Shown piece by piece: positions 1 to 8,381 of a stretch of DNA of 39,456 nucleotides. Below the pieces are notes generated by a model that saw only the letters and a list, made by a program, of their open reading frames with translations, was not told the origin of the DNA and did not search any database. The DNA comes from a virus (Duplodnaviria > Caudoviricetes). The first letter of the stretch is position 1; every line of letters begins with the position of its first letter. The position numbers and the translations under genes are program-made. The stretch lies in IMG/VR virus record IMGVR_UViG_3300020043_002150, positions 1 through 39,456 of that record. One strand, 5' to 3'.

Positions 1-121
1 GGTTCCTTTGTATTGTATTATTTAGCATATTTTTAAGGCATATCAACCACGGGATTGATAATCGAATTTACAACTCGTTGTATATCGTTGTAAGTAGCCC
101 AATCTCCGACTGCGGCTGCTC
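1..121. repeat. Terminal direct repeat, left copy (circular assembly overlap)
   Basis: Bases 1-121 are identical to 39336-39456. Confidence 0.97.
19..24 (-). promoter_or_regulatory. TAAATA box (same site as 39354-39359) upstream of gene 38618..39331
   Basis: CTAAATAATA on the minus strand, followed by a leader with AAAGGA SD. Confidence 0.7.
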
Positions 122-2078
122 GTTGTTGTCTTTCCATCCAATCACTGCCAAGTTGTCTGACTATTTCTGTTTGTTGTGCTACCGTTGTAGGATTAGTAGA
201 AACAGGCTGCGTTGTAGGTGCTATTGCTCCTGCGGCAGGTATAGTAGGCAACTGATAAGTGTTTGAAGCATTAGGCGTGACCATACTGGCAGGATTATAA
301 GCCTGTCTTCTGGTGGCTGCTTGTATTTGTCGTGTAGGAACATTTTTACCAGCAATTAAATCTGCTATCTGTGCTCCAGTCAGCGGTTCTGCGAGTTGCT
401 GTAAGCCCCAAGGCGTGTCTGGACCTGCTGCCTGATTGTAAGCAACATCATCAAATGTAGGACCAACCTGATAACCTTTTGCGTTCCAGTTATACTTGCT
501 TTGAGCAGGGTCATAGGTATTATAAAAATCACTGGGATTGATATAACCTGGATTTAATCCCAAACCTGTGCGTGGAGGTTGCGTAGTCACTGGAGGTAAT
601 GTTGGAGGTAGAGTCGGAGGCAAAGTAGGCGGCAATGTTGGTGGCATTGTCGGTGGGAATGTCGTAGGCTCAATATTACTCCAAGTTTCTGTTTCAGTGT
701 CAGTTGGTGTTTCTGTAGGAGGCTCTGTGGTCACAGGAGGCTCTGTTGTAAATGGCGGTAAGGTAAAATCAGTGACACTAATAGTAAATGTTTCCGTTGG
801 CGGAGGTGTAGTCTGCGGTGGTCGTGACGCAGTAATAATAATTTCACTGACTTCTTCAGTTTCAGTTGGCAACGGAGGTAATGTCATATCAGTGACACTA
901 ATAGTAAATGTTTCCGTTGGAGGTGGAGTTGTCTGCGGTGGTCGTGACGCAGTAATAATAATTTCACTGACTTCTTCTGTTTCCGTGATTGGTGGTAAAG
1001 AAGGCAATAGCGTATCCGTGAAACTAAATGTCAAAGTTTCAGTTGGAGGTGGAGTTGTCTGTGGAGGACGAGAAGCAGTAATAATAATTTCGCTGACTTC
1101 TTCAGTTTCAGTAATCACTGGTTCAGTAGGTATCTCTGGTAGTGGCATTGGTGTGACACTGATCAAAGGTATAGATATAGTAGGTCTATCAGTGGTAATA
1201 ATAATCTCACTGATTTCTTCTGTTGGTGATGGAGTAGGTCTTTCAGCAGTAATAATAATCTCACTGATTTCTGGTGTATCAGTGGGTGCGATATTACTCC
1301 AACTTAAAGTCGGTGCTTCTGTTGGTGGTTCTGTGGGACGCACAGCACTAATAATAATCTCCGAAATCTCTTCTGTTGGTGGTTCAGTTGGAGGAATAGT
1401 ATAAGGCAGCGTTGGTTCTTCCGTGGGTGGTATGGCACTCCAAGGTTCTGTAGCAGGCGGTTCTGTTTCAGGTGGTTCTGTAGGACGCGGTGCTGTAATA
1501 ATAATCTCACTGATTTCTTCAGTAGGTGCTTCAGTCACAGGAGGTTGCCAGGGCTCTGTAGGAGCCTCAGTAGGTGCTTCTGTTTCAGGTGGTTGCCAAG
1601 GTGCTTCTGTTTCAGGTGGCTGCCAAGGTGCTTCTGTTTCAGGTGGTTGCCAAGGTGCTTCTGTTTCAGGTGGCTGCCAAGGATCTACTGGACCTGTATC
1701 AATAGGTCCAGTGTCAATAGGTCCAGTATCAATAGGTCCAGTATCTATGGGTCCATTGTCAATAGGAGTTTCTTGATACGGATCATCACCATAGCCAAAA
1801 CTATCGTCAAATCCACCACCAGGTTCTCCCCAACCCCCACCCCAATCTCCCCAATCTCCAAATCCTCCGCCAGCACCACCATCCATTTCAGTCCAATAAC
1901 TATTATTGTCCGCAAACGCAAATTCTGGTAATCCTGTCTTTGGATTGATTGTGCCTCTACCACCCATACGCTTGAGCAAGGCTGCTTCTTCTGGGTTGAT
2001 GTGGGCTAATATGGTGTCACCGTCTCTGCCGTATTGTGCCAGCATTTCTGCTAATGAGGGTAGATTCTTTTTGTTCAT
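33..2078 (-). CDS. Putative internal virion/ejection protein; Pro/Thr/Glu-rich, with 7 TonB-box-like repeats
   Basis: N-terminal GRDGDTILAHINPEEAALLKRMGGRGTINPKTGLPEF is a motif I recognise from podophage virion proteins. The gene lies between tail genes and, across the junction, the ejection-protein cluster. TAAATA-N5-ATG start. Confidence 0.7.
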   Translation of the reverse strand: MNKKNLPSLAEMLAQYGRDGDTILAHINPEEAALLKRMGGRGTINPKTGLPEFAFADNNSYWTEMDGGAGGGFGDWGDWGGGWGEPGGGFDDSFGYGDDPYQETPIDNGPIDTGPIDTGPIDTGPIDTGPVDPWQPPETEAPWQPPETEAPWQPPETEAPWQPPETEAPTEAPTEPWQPPVTEAPTEEISEIIITAPRPTEPPETEPPATEPWSAIPPTEEPTLPYTIPPTEPPTEEISEIIISAVRPTEPPTEAPTLSWSNIAPTDTPEISEIIITAERPTPSPTEEISEIIITTDRPTISIPLISVTPMPLPEIPTEPVITETEEVSEIIITASRPPQTTPPPTETLTFSFTDTLLPSLPPITETEEVSEIIITASRPPQTTPPPTETFTISVTDMTLPPLPTETEEVSEIIITASRPPQTTPPPTETFTISVTDFTLPPFTTEPPVTTEPPTETPTDTETETWSNIEPTTFPPTMPPTLPPTLPPTLPPTLPPVTTQPPRTGLGLNPGYINPSDFYNTYDPAQSKYNWNAKGYQVGPTFDDVAYNQAAGPDTPWGLQQLAEPLTGAQIADLIAGKNVPTRQIQAATRRQAYNPASMVTPNASNTYQLPTIPAAGAIAPTTQPVSTNPTTVAQQTEIVRQLGSDWMERQQRAAAVGDWATYNDIQRVVNSIINPVVDMP
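768..1110 (-). repeat. ~120-bp coding tandem repeat x3 (TETEEVSEIIITASRPPQTTPPPTET...)
   Basis: Near-identical blocks at periods of 120 and 123 bp (compare 781-860 with 901-980). Confidence 0.9.
1572..1679 (-). repeat. 27-bp coding tandem repeat x4 (WQPPETEAP)
   Basis: aggtgcttctgtttcaggtggYtgcca four times, with no spacers. Confidence 0.95.
1690..1764 (-). repeat. 15-bp coding tandem repeat x5 (GPIDT)
   Basis: ggWccWgtRtcWatR-type units in tandem; the last unit is slightly degenerate. Confidence 0.9.
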
Positions 2079-2083
2079 TATGT

Positions 2084-2089
2084 TATTTA
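2084..2089 (-). promoter_or_regulatory. TAAATA box, leaderless class
   Basis: TAAATA-ACATA-ATG(2078). Overlaps the stop codon of the upstream gene. Confidence 0.7.
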
Positions 2090-3301
2090 TTTCTTTATCA
2101 CTTGTGCTGTCAGGCTGCGTCTGTTTAAGTTCATTGACTTTACAGCAACTTCGGCACCACTTTCAACATCTACATTGACTTCCATAATATACCAATAAAG
2201 TCCTGATGGTGGTGCGTCAATGATAGGAGTAAAGATAGTTAAACTCTGTGGTGCTTGTATATCACCAGTGCTATCTATAGTTGCTACTTGTAATACTAAA
2301 TCGTTGGCTGGAGTTGTTCCACCAAGTTGGCTGCCACTAAAAGTCACGGTATCACCAACAGCATAATTTCCACCACCTCCAGCACTTAAAATAGTAGAAC
2401 CTGTGCTGTAATTAGTTCCAGGAGCAGTTATATCTAAAGTTATTACCGCATTCGTTCCAGAACCAGAAGTAGAAACAGCATCGACATTAGTATAGATGCC
2501 ACTGGCACTGGCATCCGAAATTCCGCTGACAATGGTATAAGTTAGCGGGATACCTTCTGTATATGCTGTAAGGCTATCGTTATAAATTAGTTGCTTACTA
2601 ATAGTAGCATCAAACTCATAAAAATATTGAGGGTTTGCGGCTGTTCCACTATTAAACGCTCGATATCTGTTTAACTCTACATAAACATTCATCTGCGGAA
2701 CCGTGGATGGAAAATTAGTATTAGCAACAGCATAGTCAAATGGTGATATGTCAAGTTGTGCTGTGATGCTAACAAGATTATTACCAGCATCTATTTCTAC
2801 AATAGCATTAGCATCAGTGCTCATTACAGCACCATATCCACTGGTGACCCAGAGACTGGCTGTTCCTCCTGTGCCTACAACTCCAGGATTAGGAAAAGGA
2901 TTGGCTGCTCGTAATATAACATAATCAGTAGTGACTTTAACTACACCAATTCTACTAAAGGTATCATTATAGTCGCTGGGTGTGACACCGCTAATGGTCA
3001 CGCCATTACCTAAAGCAAATGGCGGATAAGGTTGAGTTGAAGCAAATGTAAATTTCCAAGTATAATCATCCAGCCATTCGCTGGTAGATAATGCTATAGG
3101 TGCTACATAAAGTTCGGCAGCAGTGGGTAAAAAATTAGACGGGTTAGTATAAGGAATGCGAAAGTTGCCAGTTATTCTGGCTGGTTCTGAACTACTAAAA
3201 CCAACAAGTTGTTGTCCAATACCACTGGGACCACTGATAGCGTAATTTACAGCATCTAATAAACTTTGGTCGTCACCACCATTGACAGGATAATTAGCCA
3301 T
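2087..3301 (-). CDS. Tail/virion structural protein
   Basis: 404 aa, rich in Gly/Ser/Thr beta-strand sequence, with a GGxNYAVGDTVT fibre-type motif. Translationally coupled to the nozzle gene. Confidence 0.65.
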   Translation of the reverse strand: MANYPVNGGDDQSLLDAVNYAISGPSGIGQQLVGFSSSEPARITGNFRIPYTNPSNFLPTAAELYVAPIALSTSEWLDDYTWKFTFASTQPYPPFALGNGVTISGVTPSDYNDTFSRIGVVKVTTDYVILRAANPFPNPGVVGTGGTASLWVTSGYGAVMSTDANAIVEIDAGNNLVSITAQLDISPFDYAVANTNFPSTVPQMNVYVELNRYRAFNSGTAANPQYFYEFDATISKQLIYNDSLTAYTEGIPLTYTIVSGISDASASGIYTNVDAVSTSGSGTNAVITLDITAPGTNYSTGSTILSAGGGGNYAVGDTVTFSGSQLGGTTPANDLVLQVATIDSTGDIQAPQSLTIFTPIIDAPPSGLYWYIMEVNVDVESGAEVAVKSMNLNRRSLTAQVIKK

Positions 3302-5406
3302 CAGCGATCATCCTCAACCTGTGTGAATTGCCAGGTAGTCGCACTACACATCCATACATTACTACTACTGGTATTCCCTAACTCAATGCTATTCACTCTG
3401 TAAGAGTTTTGATCAATTTGTATCCAAGGGTTATCAGTGTTTAATGCCATTGATTGACTTGCCTGAGTTGTTGGTAGTTGTCCTACACTTTGAGCACCTT
3501 CTATAGTCACACTGATCGTGCCAGTGCTTGGTATGATTGTTATCTCGTCAGTTGATGAAAATGGTATAGCACCAATATTCACTGCTTCAGGTAAGATCCT
3601 ATGGACCATAAGTTTGCCACTATAGTCTTTGATCATTTTAATGTTATCTCTACGGAACCTGCTGGTAATCGCACTACCATCTGCTTGAGTGTAGCCTATA
3701 TCTTTTTGGACTAACTTGCTGTCTGTGACACCCTGAGCATAGACCACGGTTCTGCTGCCAAAGTTAGCAGTCCAAGTGCCAGGTGTGTCTTCTACATAGA
3801 TAGGACTTTCACAGCCCATAGTTGCTGAACTTACATCTCTGGGTGCGTTCCAACAATCAATATCATATCTGTATGCCAACATCTTATTTGGCACACCGTT
3901 AGTTGCTTGGCTGTCTGGATAGTAAATCTCAATCTGGTTCTTTTGGCTATTGACTTCCATAAACACACGGTTGTAAAACTCTGGATCAAGTTGATCATAG
4001 AACCAGTTTTTAACACGCTGATTACCTATGCCAGTAAAGTCTTGTCCGTCGAATACCCAGATATCACGGGCATCAATACCATAGACTAACTTGTCTGTAT
4101 TGCCCCAGCAGTTTGCTGATAACAATCCTCTGCCCTGATTATACAATCTAACACCAAGAATTGGTGCTGATGTTGTAGAGTAGTTTAATGGTGAGAACAC
4201 CACCGTGTCCCAGTATGAACATAAGAAGAAGTTGCCATTACTTGGAAAAGCATCAAGAGCAGGACCACGCAACGGAACTTCTAACTGGTTGGCTACATTG
4301 GTGATTGTTGGTTCCCAGGTCAATGGTGCTTGGTTTAATCCGAATGCTTGACTCCATTGTATCGTCACGGGATATAACTCTGTTGCTGCCGTGTTTGAGT
4401 TTGTGGCTGTAAGATTACCTGCTACCAAGATTGATCCTACATTAGGAGTAGAATACATACGCATCCAGTCTGCTTTATAACTTGTCCAGTATGGGTTATA
4501 GTTCCAAGCGTATAAGGGTGCTACACTTCCGCCTCCAGGATAGCCTGCTGTTGGACTTGCTTGATATATGATGCCTAATAGTGTGCTTGATGATACGGTG
4601 AATGTTCCATCATATACACCATTTACTCCACTGATCACAATCTGACTATTAGCCAAATATGGTATAGCATTGTATGGACTCATAGTCATAGTTGTGCTTG
4701 ACACGGTCTGAGAGTTATTCACCGTCCAAGTAGAACCATTACCAGATCCTGATATGTTTGCTGTGATTCTTGTGCCTGTGGCTACACCAGTGCCATTGAC
4801 ATACTGACCAACTTTGAGTGTGCCAGTTCCACCACTGAATGAACCGATAGTCAATGTTGTTCCACTTATATCACAACCAGTAGCAACTACGGTGTCACTG
4901 AATGTCAGGTATTGTTCTGTTGGACTTTCATAAACGATGTCGTCAATATCAGTAGGCAATAGGTTAGAGTATAATGTCAGCGTAGGGCTACCGTCCAACC
5001 AAACCATAGGTGGATTGAATGTGTCATTGAAGAAAGGCACGGTGCCATTCCACGCTTCTGTTATGTTTGTAGCCTGTGTATAACCTGTGAAGTCTCCACC
5101 TGCTGGTGTTATGTCTTGCCAAGTTCCATCATATGTTGCCCACCATTTTCCTTCTGTGGTTGCTACGATAAACCAGAAGTATGTGTCTGCTCTAAAACCT
5201 GAACTGATATATGTTGGTGTTCCTTCTAAACTATCAAAGAACTCTTGCTCACCTGCTACTGAGCGTATGCCACGAACATCTGTTTCTACATTCAGTCCTT
5301 GATTGTATTCGTTTGGTCCTAACGCTGTTGAAGGAACATCAGGAGTGAATGACATCTTCGCAAAAGGTATGCGAACTTCGTCAAGTGGGTTGCGGATTTG
5401 TGCCAT
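3301..5406 (-). CDS. Tail stabilisation/nozzle protein (P22 gp10 / T7 gp12-like) with an inserted beta domain
   Basis: 701 aa with Trp/aromatic beta-propeller-like periodicity (DIWVFDGQ...IGNQRVKNWF...EIYYP...AYRY...W). Size and context fit. Confidence 0.65.
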   Translation of the reverse strand: MAQIRNPLDEVRIPFAKMSFTPDVPSTALGPNEYNQGLNVETDVRGIRSVAGEQEFFDSLEGTPTYISSGFRADTYFWFIVATTEGKWWATYDGTWQDITPAGGDFTGYTQATNITEAWNGTVPFFNDTFNPPMVWLDGSPTLTLYSNLLPTDIDDIVYESPTEQYLTFSDTVVATGCDISGTTLTIGSFSGGTGTLKVGQYVNGTGVATGTRITANISGSGNGSTWTVNNSQTVSSTTMTMSPYNAIPYLANSQIVISGVNGVYDGTFTVSSSTLLGIIYQASPTAGYPGGGSVAPLYAWNYNPYWTSYKADWMRMYSTPNVGSILVAGNLTATNSNTAATELYPVTIQWSQAFGLNQAPLTWEPTITNVANQLEVPLRGPALDAFPSNGNFFLCSYWDTVVFSPLNYSTTSAPILGVRLYNQGRGLLSANCWGNTDKLVYGIDARDIWVFDGQDFTGIGNQRVKNWFYDQLDPEFYNRVFMEVNSQKNQIEIYYPDSQATNGVPNKMLAYRYDIDCWNAPRDVSSATMGCESPIYVEDTPGTWTANFGSRTVVYAQGVTDSKLVQKDIGYTQADGSAITSRFRRDNIKMIKDYSGKLMVHRILPEAVNIGAIPFSSTDEITIIPSTGTISVTIEGAQSVGQLPTTQASQSMALNTDNPWIQIDQNSYRVNSIELGNTSSSNVWMCSATTWQFTQVEDDR

Positions 5407-5430
5407 CGGTTATGTTTCCATTTAATCTAT

Positions 5431-5436
5431 TATTTA
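5431..5436 (-). promoter_or_regulatory. TAAATA box upstream of nozzle gene
   Basis: GCTAAATAATAG, 24 nt before ATG 5406. Confidence 0.7.
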
Positions 5437-5499
5437 GCCGAAGACTTACCAACGCTGACCACGCTTCTCTTGAGCGTAAGCCAGCGTCCCTTTCCAATC

Positions 5500-5778
5500 T
5501 TATAAACCGTTGCTGATAAACTTTACCAACGGATCTCGCTCAAACCATAAAAACAACTTGGCTTTATTTGATGTGATTTGCCAGCCACCTTGGTAATCTA
5601 ACTTCTTTAACTTGAGTAGTCCATTGTCTTTATGATCTATCCAAATATGCTTTGGCGTTATCTTTTTAACTTGACCACAATGATTGATTGCGGTTTTATC
5701 TACGGTGCCATTACCCCATATAACAAATGGTCCATACTGAACAAAAGCATCTGCGAATAGTTCTGGTTGTTGTGTCAT
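5500..5778 (-). CDS. Hypothetical protein
   Basis: 92-aa ORF with strong SD (GAAGGAGA) and GATAAATA box at 5803-5810. Confidence 0.75.
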   Translation of the reverse strand: MTQQPELFADAFVQYGPFVIWGNGTVDKTAINHCGQVKKITPKHIWIDHKDNGLLKLKKLDYQGGWQITSNKAKLFLWFERDPLVKFISNGL

Positions 5779-5850
5779 TACATTCTCCTTCTAATGTGTA
5801 AGTATTTATCTCAAGGTTCTGTTTATTGTAGGCAGAACCATTGAGCAATC

Positions 5851-6471
5851 TTACCAATAATAACTATTCTTTGGTTCAGGTTTAAATCCATAGACACGCT
5901 CCACATAACGGTTTGACAAGGTCCTGATGTTAAACCTTTTTCGACCGTTGCGTAAGCGTGTTGGATCTTTGACTACATACTTGTCTAATAGTTTGGATAA
6001 CTCTCGGTCGAATGCTTCAACATCTTCAGTTCTAATGTAATGATTGGGCACATCTATTCTAACAGCACGATCTACGAACCTACGCTCACCATTCTGGTAG
6101 ATATGATTGTAGTCACTATACTCCCAGTTTGTTGTTGGTATTTTTCTACGCTGTTCTATCATCTGTTGCGTGATGTCTTTAAGTCTGTCTTTAATTGTCA
6201 TCAACATTATAGGTGTATTCTGAAACGCAACTCTGGGCAACCAATGAGCATCATCAAGCAGTCTGTCATCCTGAACATCAAGATGCTTCAACTCTGTCCA
6301 AAGGTCCAGACGATTTTTTTTCCAGAATGTATCCTGTCCCAGCATATTCATAAACTTTTGCTTGTCATCATAAGTTTTGATTCTATTCATCGCAGGTCCA
6401 AGTTCTACTTTAATTACTTCGTTGGTGCGTTCTCTTACAAGTGTCAAGTAAATTGGTTTTGTGTTTAACAT
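5851..6471 (-). CDS. Hypothetical protein (basic C-terminus)
   Basis: 206-aa ORF, AAAGG SD, GATAAATA box at 6493-6500. Confidence 0.8.
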   Translation of the reverse strand: MLNTKPIYLTLVRERTNEVIKVELGPAMNRIKTYDDKQKFMNMLGQDTFWKKNRLDLWTELKHLDVQDDRLLDDAHWLPRVAFQNTPIMLMTIKDRLKDITQQMIEQRRKIPTTNWEYSDYNHIYQNGERRFVDRAVRIDVPNHYIRTEDVEAFDRELSKLLDKYVVKDPTRLRNGRKRFNIRTLSNRYVERVYGFKPEPKNSYYW

Positions 6472-6480
6472 ATCTTTGCC

Positions 6481-6500
6481 TTTCTATACTATTATTTATC
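6481..6500 (-). promoter_or_regulatory. 20-bp promoter/leader repeat GATAAATAATAGTATAGAAA
   Basis: Identical to 6848-6867; 17 bp are also shared with 11805-11821. Confidence 0.8.
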
Positions 6501-6828
6501 ACTCGTGATCGTAATACTTTAATGCGATTGCTACATCAGTTTGTCCAAACTCTGTAGTTCCAAACAGATGTTCTGTGATAGCGTTTTGTTCCATTTTAAC
6601 TACATAGTCTCTGATTGTTTCTTCTGCTTCGTAGCAGTCAATCAAACATACAGCATCGTAGTTTTGTCCATTTAACTCAAAGAACTTATCTACTGCTTGG
6701 TTCTCAAAGTAGCAATCACTGATTGTAATTGTTTGTGTTGGACCTAAATCAAAATCACCGTTTGCGTCTTTAGTGTAGTAAGCAAATGTAATAGTCCAGT
6801 CTGTTGGTTGTAATTCAAATGTTGTCAT
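6499..6828 (-). CDS. Hypothetical acidic protein
   Basis: 109-aa ORF, AAAGGA SD, own promoter at 6860-6883. Confidence 0.8.
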   Translation of the reverse strand: MTTFELQPTDWTITFAYYTKDANGDFDLGPTQTITISDCYFENQAVDKFFELNGQNYDAVCLIDCYEAEETIRDYVVKMEQNAITEHLFGTTEFGQTDVAIALKYYDHE

Positions 6829-6847
6829 AGAGTATATCCTTTGTTTG

Positions 6848-6883
6848 TTTCTATACTATTATTTATCTCTGTATTCAGTTATT
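6848..6883 (-). promoter_or_regulatory. Extended promoter AATAACTGAAT-N5-GATAAATA
   Basis: Same bipartite motif and spacing as 8131-8154 and 11814-11837. Confidence 0.75.
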
Positions 6884-6913
6884 ATACACAATCAAACAGA
6901 GCAATTTGTCCAA

Positions 6914-7180
6914 TTAGTTTCCAACTTCCATAACTTCAAAGTCACTACACTTAAATCTATGGTTTAGTCTATTGACTTGTAATCTGGCACTACCAAGATT
7001 GGTGTATGTCAGTTTCTTGTAGATATGGTTATTACCAGTCATACTTCCTTGTGTAATTCTAATATTCACTGGATCGCCTTGGTATGTTATTACATAATAC
7101 ATTTCTGCTTGTAAAACTTCCCATAAACTTCCATCTCCTACTTCTTGTGCTAATCTTACTTTTGGTTTTGGTCTTGCCAT
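6914..7180 (-). CDS. Conserved phage hypothetical protein (MxRPKP N-terminus)
   Basis: 88-aa ORF with AGGA SD. MARPKP...YKK..Y.N.G.A....LN..F...DF.V resembles, from memory and unverified, a family in large uncultured aquatic myoviruses. Confidence 0.75.
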   Translation of the reverse strand: MARPKPKVRLAQEVGDGSLWEVLQAEMYYVITYQGDPVNIRITQGSMTGNNHIYKKLTYTNLGSARLQVNRLNHRFKCSDFEVMEVGN

Positions 7181-7181
7181 T

Positions 7182-7400
7182 TTAATTTCCTATCTTTCTA
7201 AATCTGTTTTGGTATTCTGGATGCTTTAATATAAACATCATTGTTTGTTCTTCTGTAAGTGTTGCCCAGTAAGTTTGCCATTGCCAATCAATACCAGTAT
7301 TAAATGGACTATGACTATGAAACTCTTTTAAGTCTGCCATCAACTTTTTAACTGGATAGTCAGGACCTTCATAATCCATATCCTGTGTAATCTTCATCAT
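7182..7400 (-). CDS. Hypothetical protein
   Basis: ORF track entry; the likely start is ATG 7400, in ATGA overlap with the upstream stop. Confidence 0.65.
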   Translation of the reverse strand: MMKITQDMDYEGPDYPVKKLMADLKEFHSHSPFNTGIDWQWQTYWATLTEEQTMMFILKHPEYQNRFRKIGN

Positions 7401-7792
7401 ACATTCCACCACTTTTCTTTTACTGGTTTTAGTTTCGCTCTTGCTAACTTTGGTTGTTCAACTTCTGGTAATGGTATTGTTCTATCTGTTCCATCAATTC
7501 TGTATATGCGTTGGTTTGGTAAAACTTCAAAGTGATTTGGATTCATACAGAATCTATTTTTACAAGTTTGTCTTATCTGTAAATGCTCACAATCTTCGTT
7601 GTTCAAACTACGATAAACTAATCTTCGGGCTTGTGTCATTTGGGCTATGCCATTCTTTTTAGCACCCATAAGATTTGTAAATGGACCAACTGAACCTGTC
7701 CAAGCCCAGCAATCATCATCTCCTGTTTTGACTATCTTTGCCCATAATAGTTCGTCGTTCCACGACCAATCGCCTACGGTTCTGTATGTCAT
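7397..7792 (-). CDS. HNH endonuclease-like protein (His-Cys zinc loop), possibly inactive
   Basis: DDCWAWTG...CKNRFCMNPNH motif. Gln stands where the catalytic His usually precedes the first Cys. Confidence 0.7.
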   Translation of the reverse strand: MTYRTVGDWSWNDELLWAKIVKTGDDDCWAWTGSVGPFTNLMGAKKNGIAQMTQARRLVYRSLNNEDCEHLQIRQTCKNRFCMNPNHFEVLPNQRIYRIDGTDRTIPLPEVEQPKLARAKLKPVKEKWWNV

Positions 7793-8109
7793 AACTTTAT
7801 CTCTCCATCATCAAATACTACTAACAACTCTGGGTTGTTTCTAAACAAGTCCAATAAACCTAACGCCATTAAATCTACCTGTGTTTCAGTTAGGTTCAGT
7901 GATAACTTCTGTTCTATTGCGTGTAGTAATTCGTGTAGTAGTGTATGCTTCTTGCTGTCTTTGTCTTGATCTTCGTGTAGTAAGATCTTACGCTGATCTG
8001 GTAAGCACAAGCCCAAATGCTCTGGCATTTCTCGTTCTTGTCCTAACTTGATCTGCCATTCTTGACTGAATAACTTAAAAGTTGCTGTTGTCTGTTTTGT
8101 CTTCTTCAT
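7789..8109 (-). CDS. Small HExxH zinc metallopeptidase-like protein (ImmA/IrrE-like fold)
   Basis: G.C....KI.L...TLLHELLHAI...E motif; AAAGGAGA SD. Confidence 0.7.
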   Translation of the reverse strand: MKKTKQTTATFKLFSQEWQIKLGQEREMPEHLGLCLPDQRKILLHEDQDKDSKKHTLLHELLHAIEQKLSLNLTETQVDLMALGLLDLFRNNPELLVVFDDGEIKL

Positions 8110-8130
8110 TACATATCTCCTTTGTATATC

Positions 8131-8154
8131 TATTTATCTTTACATTCAGTTATT
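8131..8154 (-). promoter_or_regulatory. Extended promoter AATAACTGAAT-N5-GATAAATA
   Basis: Bipartite motif shared with sites 6860 and 11814. Confidence 0.75.
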
Positions 8155-8194
8155 TGCTTACGACTTGTTATAAACCTGGTTAAACTCAAAGTTT

Positions 8195-8381
8195 GTGTTT
8201 GTTAGTAGTGTTAGTAGTTTTTACGCTTTCTATTAGTTTTTTTTTACTTTTTTTTTTTTTGTAGAATATATAAAAAACTACTAACACTACTAACAAACAC
8301 TATAAAAACAGCATTACAGGCACCTACAATGCTGTTTTTTGTGTTAGTAGTTTTTTGTTTTCACTACTAACAACTACTAAC
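8195..8381. other. Putative replication origin (iterons, inverted repeat, T-tract)
   Basis: Perfect 28-bp inverted repeat (8195-8222 / 8273-8300) flanks a poly-T/AT-rich spacer. Seven CTACTAAC/GTTAGTAG octamers. Directly downstream of the primase and helicase genes. Confidence 0.7.
8301..8340 (-). terminator. Intrinsic terminator after the helicase (possibly bidirectional)
   Basis: AAAAACAGCATTGTAG-GTGC-CTGTAATGCTGTTTTT hairpin; the G-U pairs favour the minus strand. Confidence 0.65.

Noticed and set aside
1-121. 121-bp terminal repeat as a biological DTR
   Set aside because: It cuts through the 3' end of a gene, and its length is typical of an assembler k-mer overlap. It shows circularity, not physical genome ends.
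1572-1764. 27-bp and 15-bp repeats as a CRISPR array
   Set aside because: The units are contiguous with no unique spacers, lengths are multiples of 3, variation is at synonymous positions, and there are no cas genes.
568-1931. Plus-strand ORFs 568..1404, 1423..1776 and 1545..1931
   Set aside because: Antisense shadows of the low-complexity Pro/Thr/Glu gene, with no RBS or promoter motif.
6881-6913. Sigma70 promoter from TATAAT at 6881-6886 (minus strand)
   Set aside because: No good -35 at 16-18 nt spacing and no TGn extension. It cannot be fully excluded as a weak host promoter.
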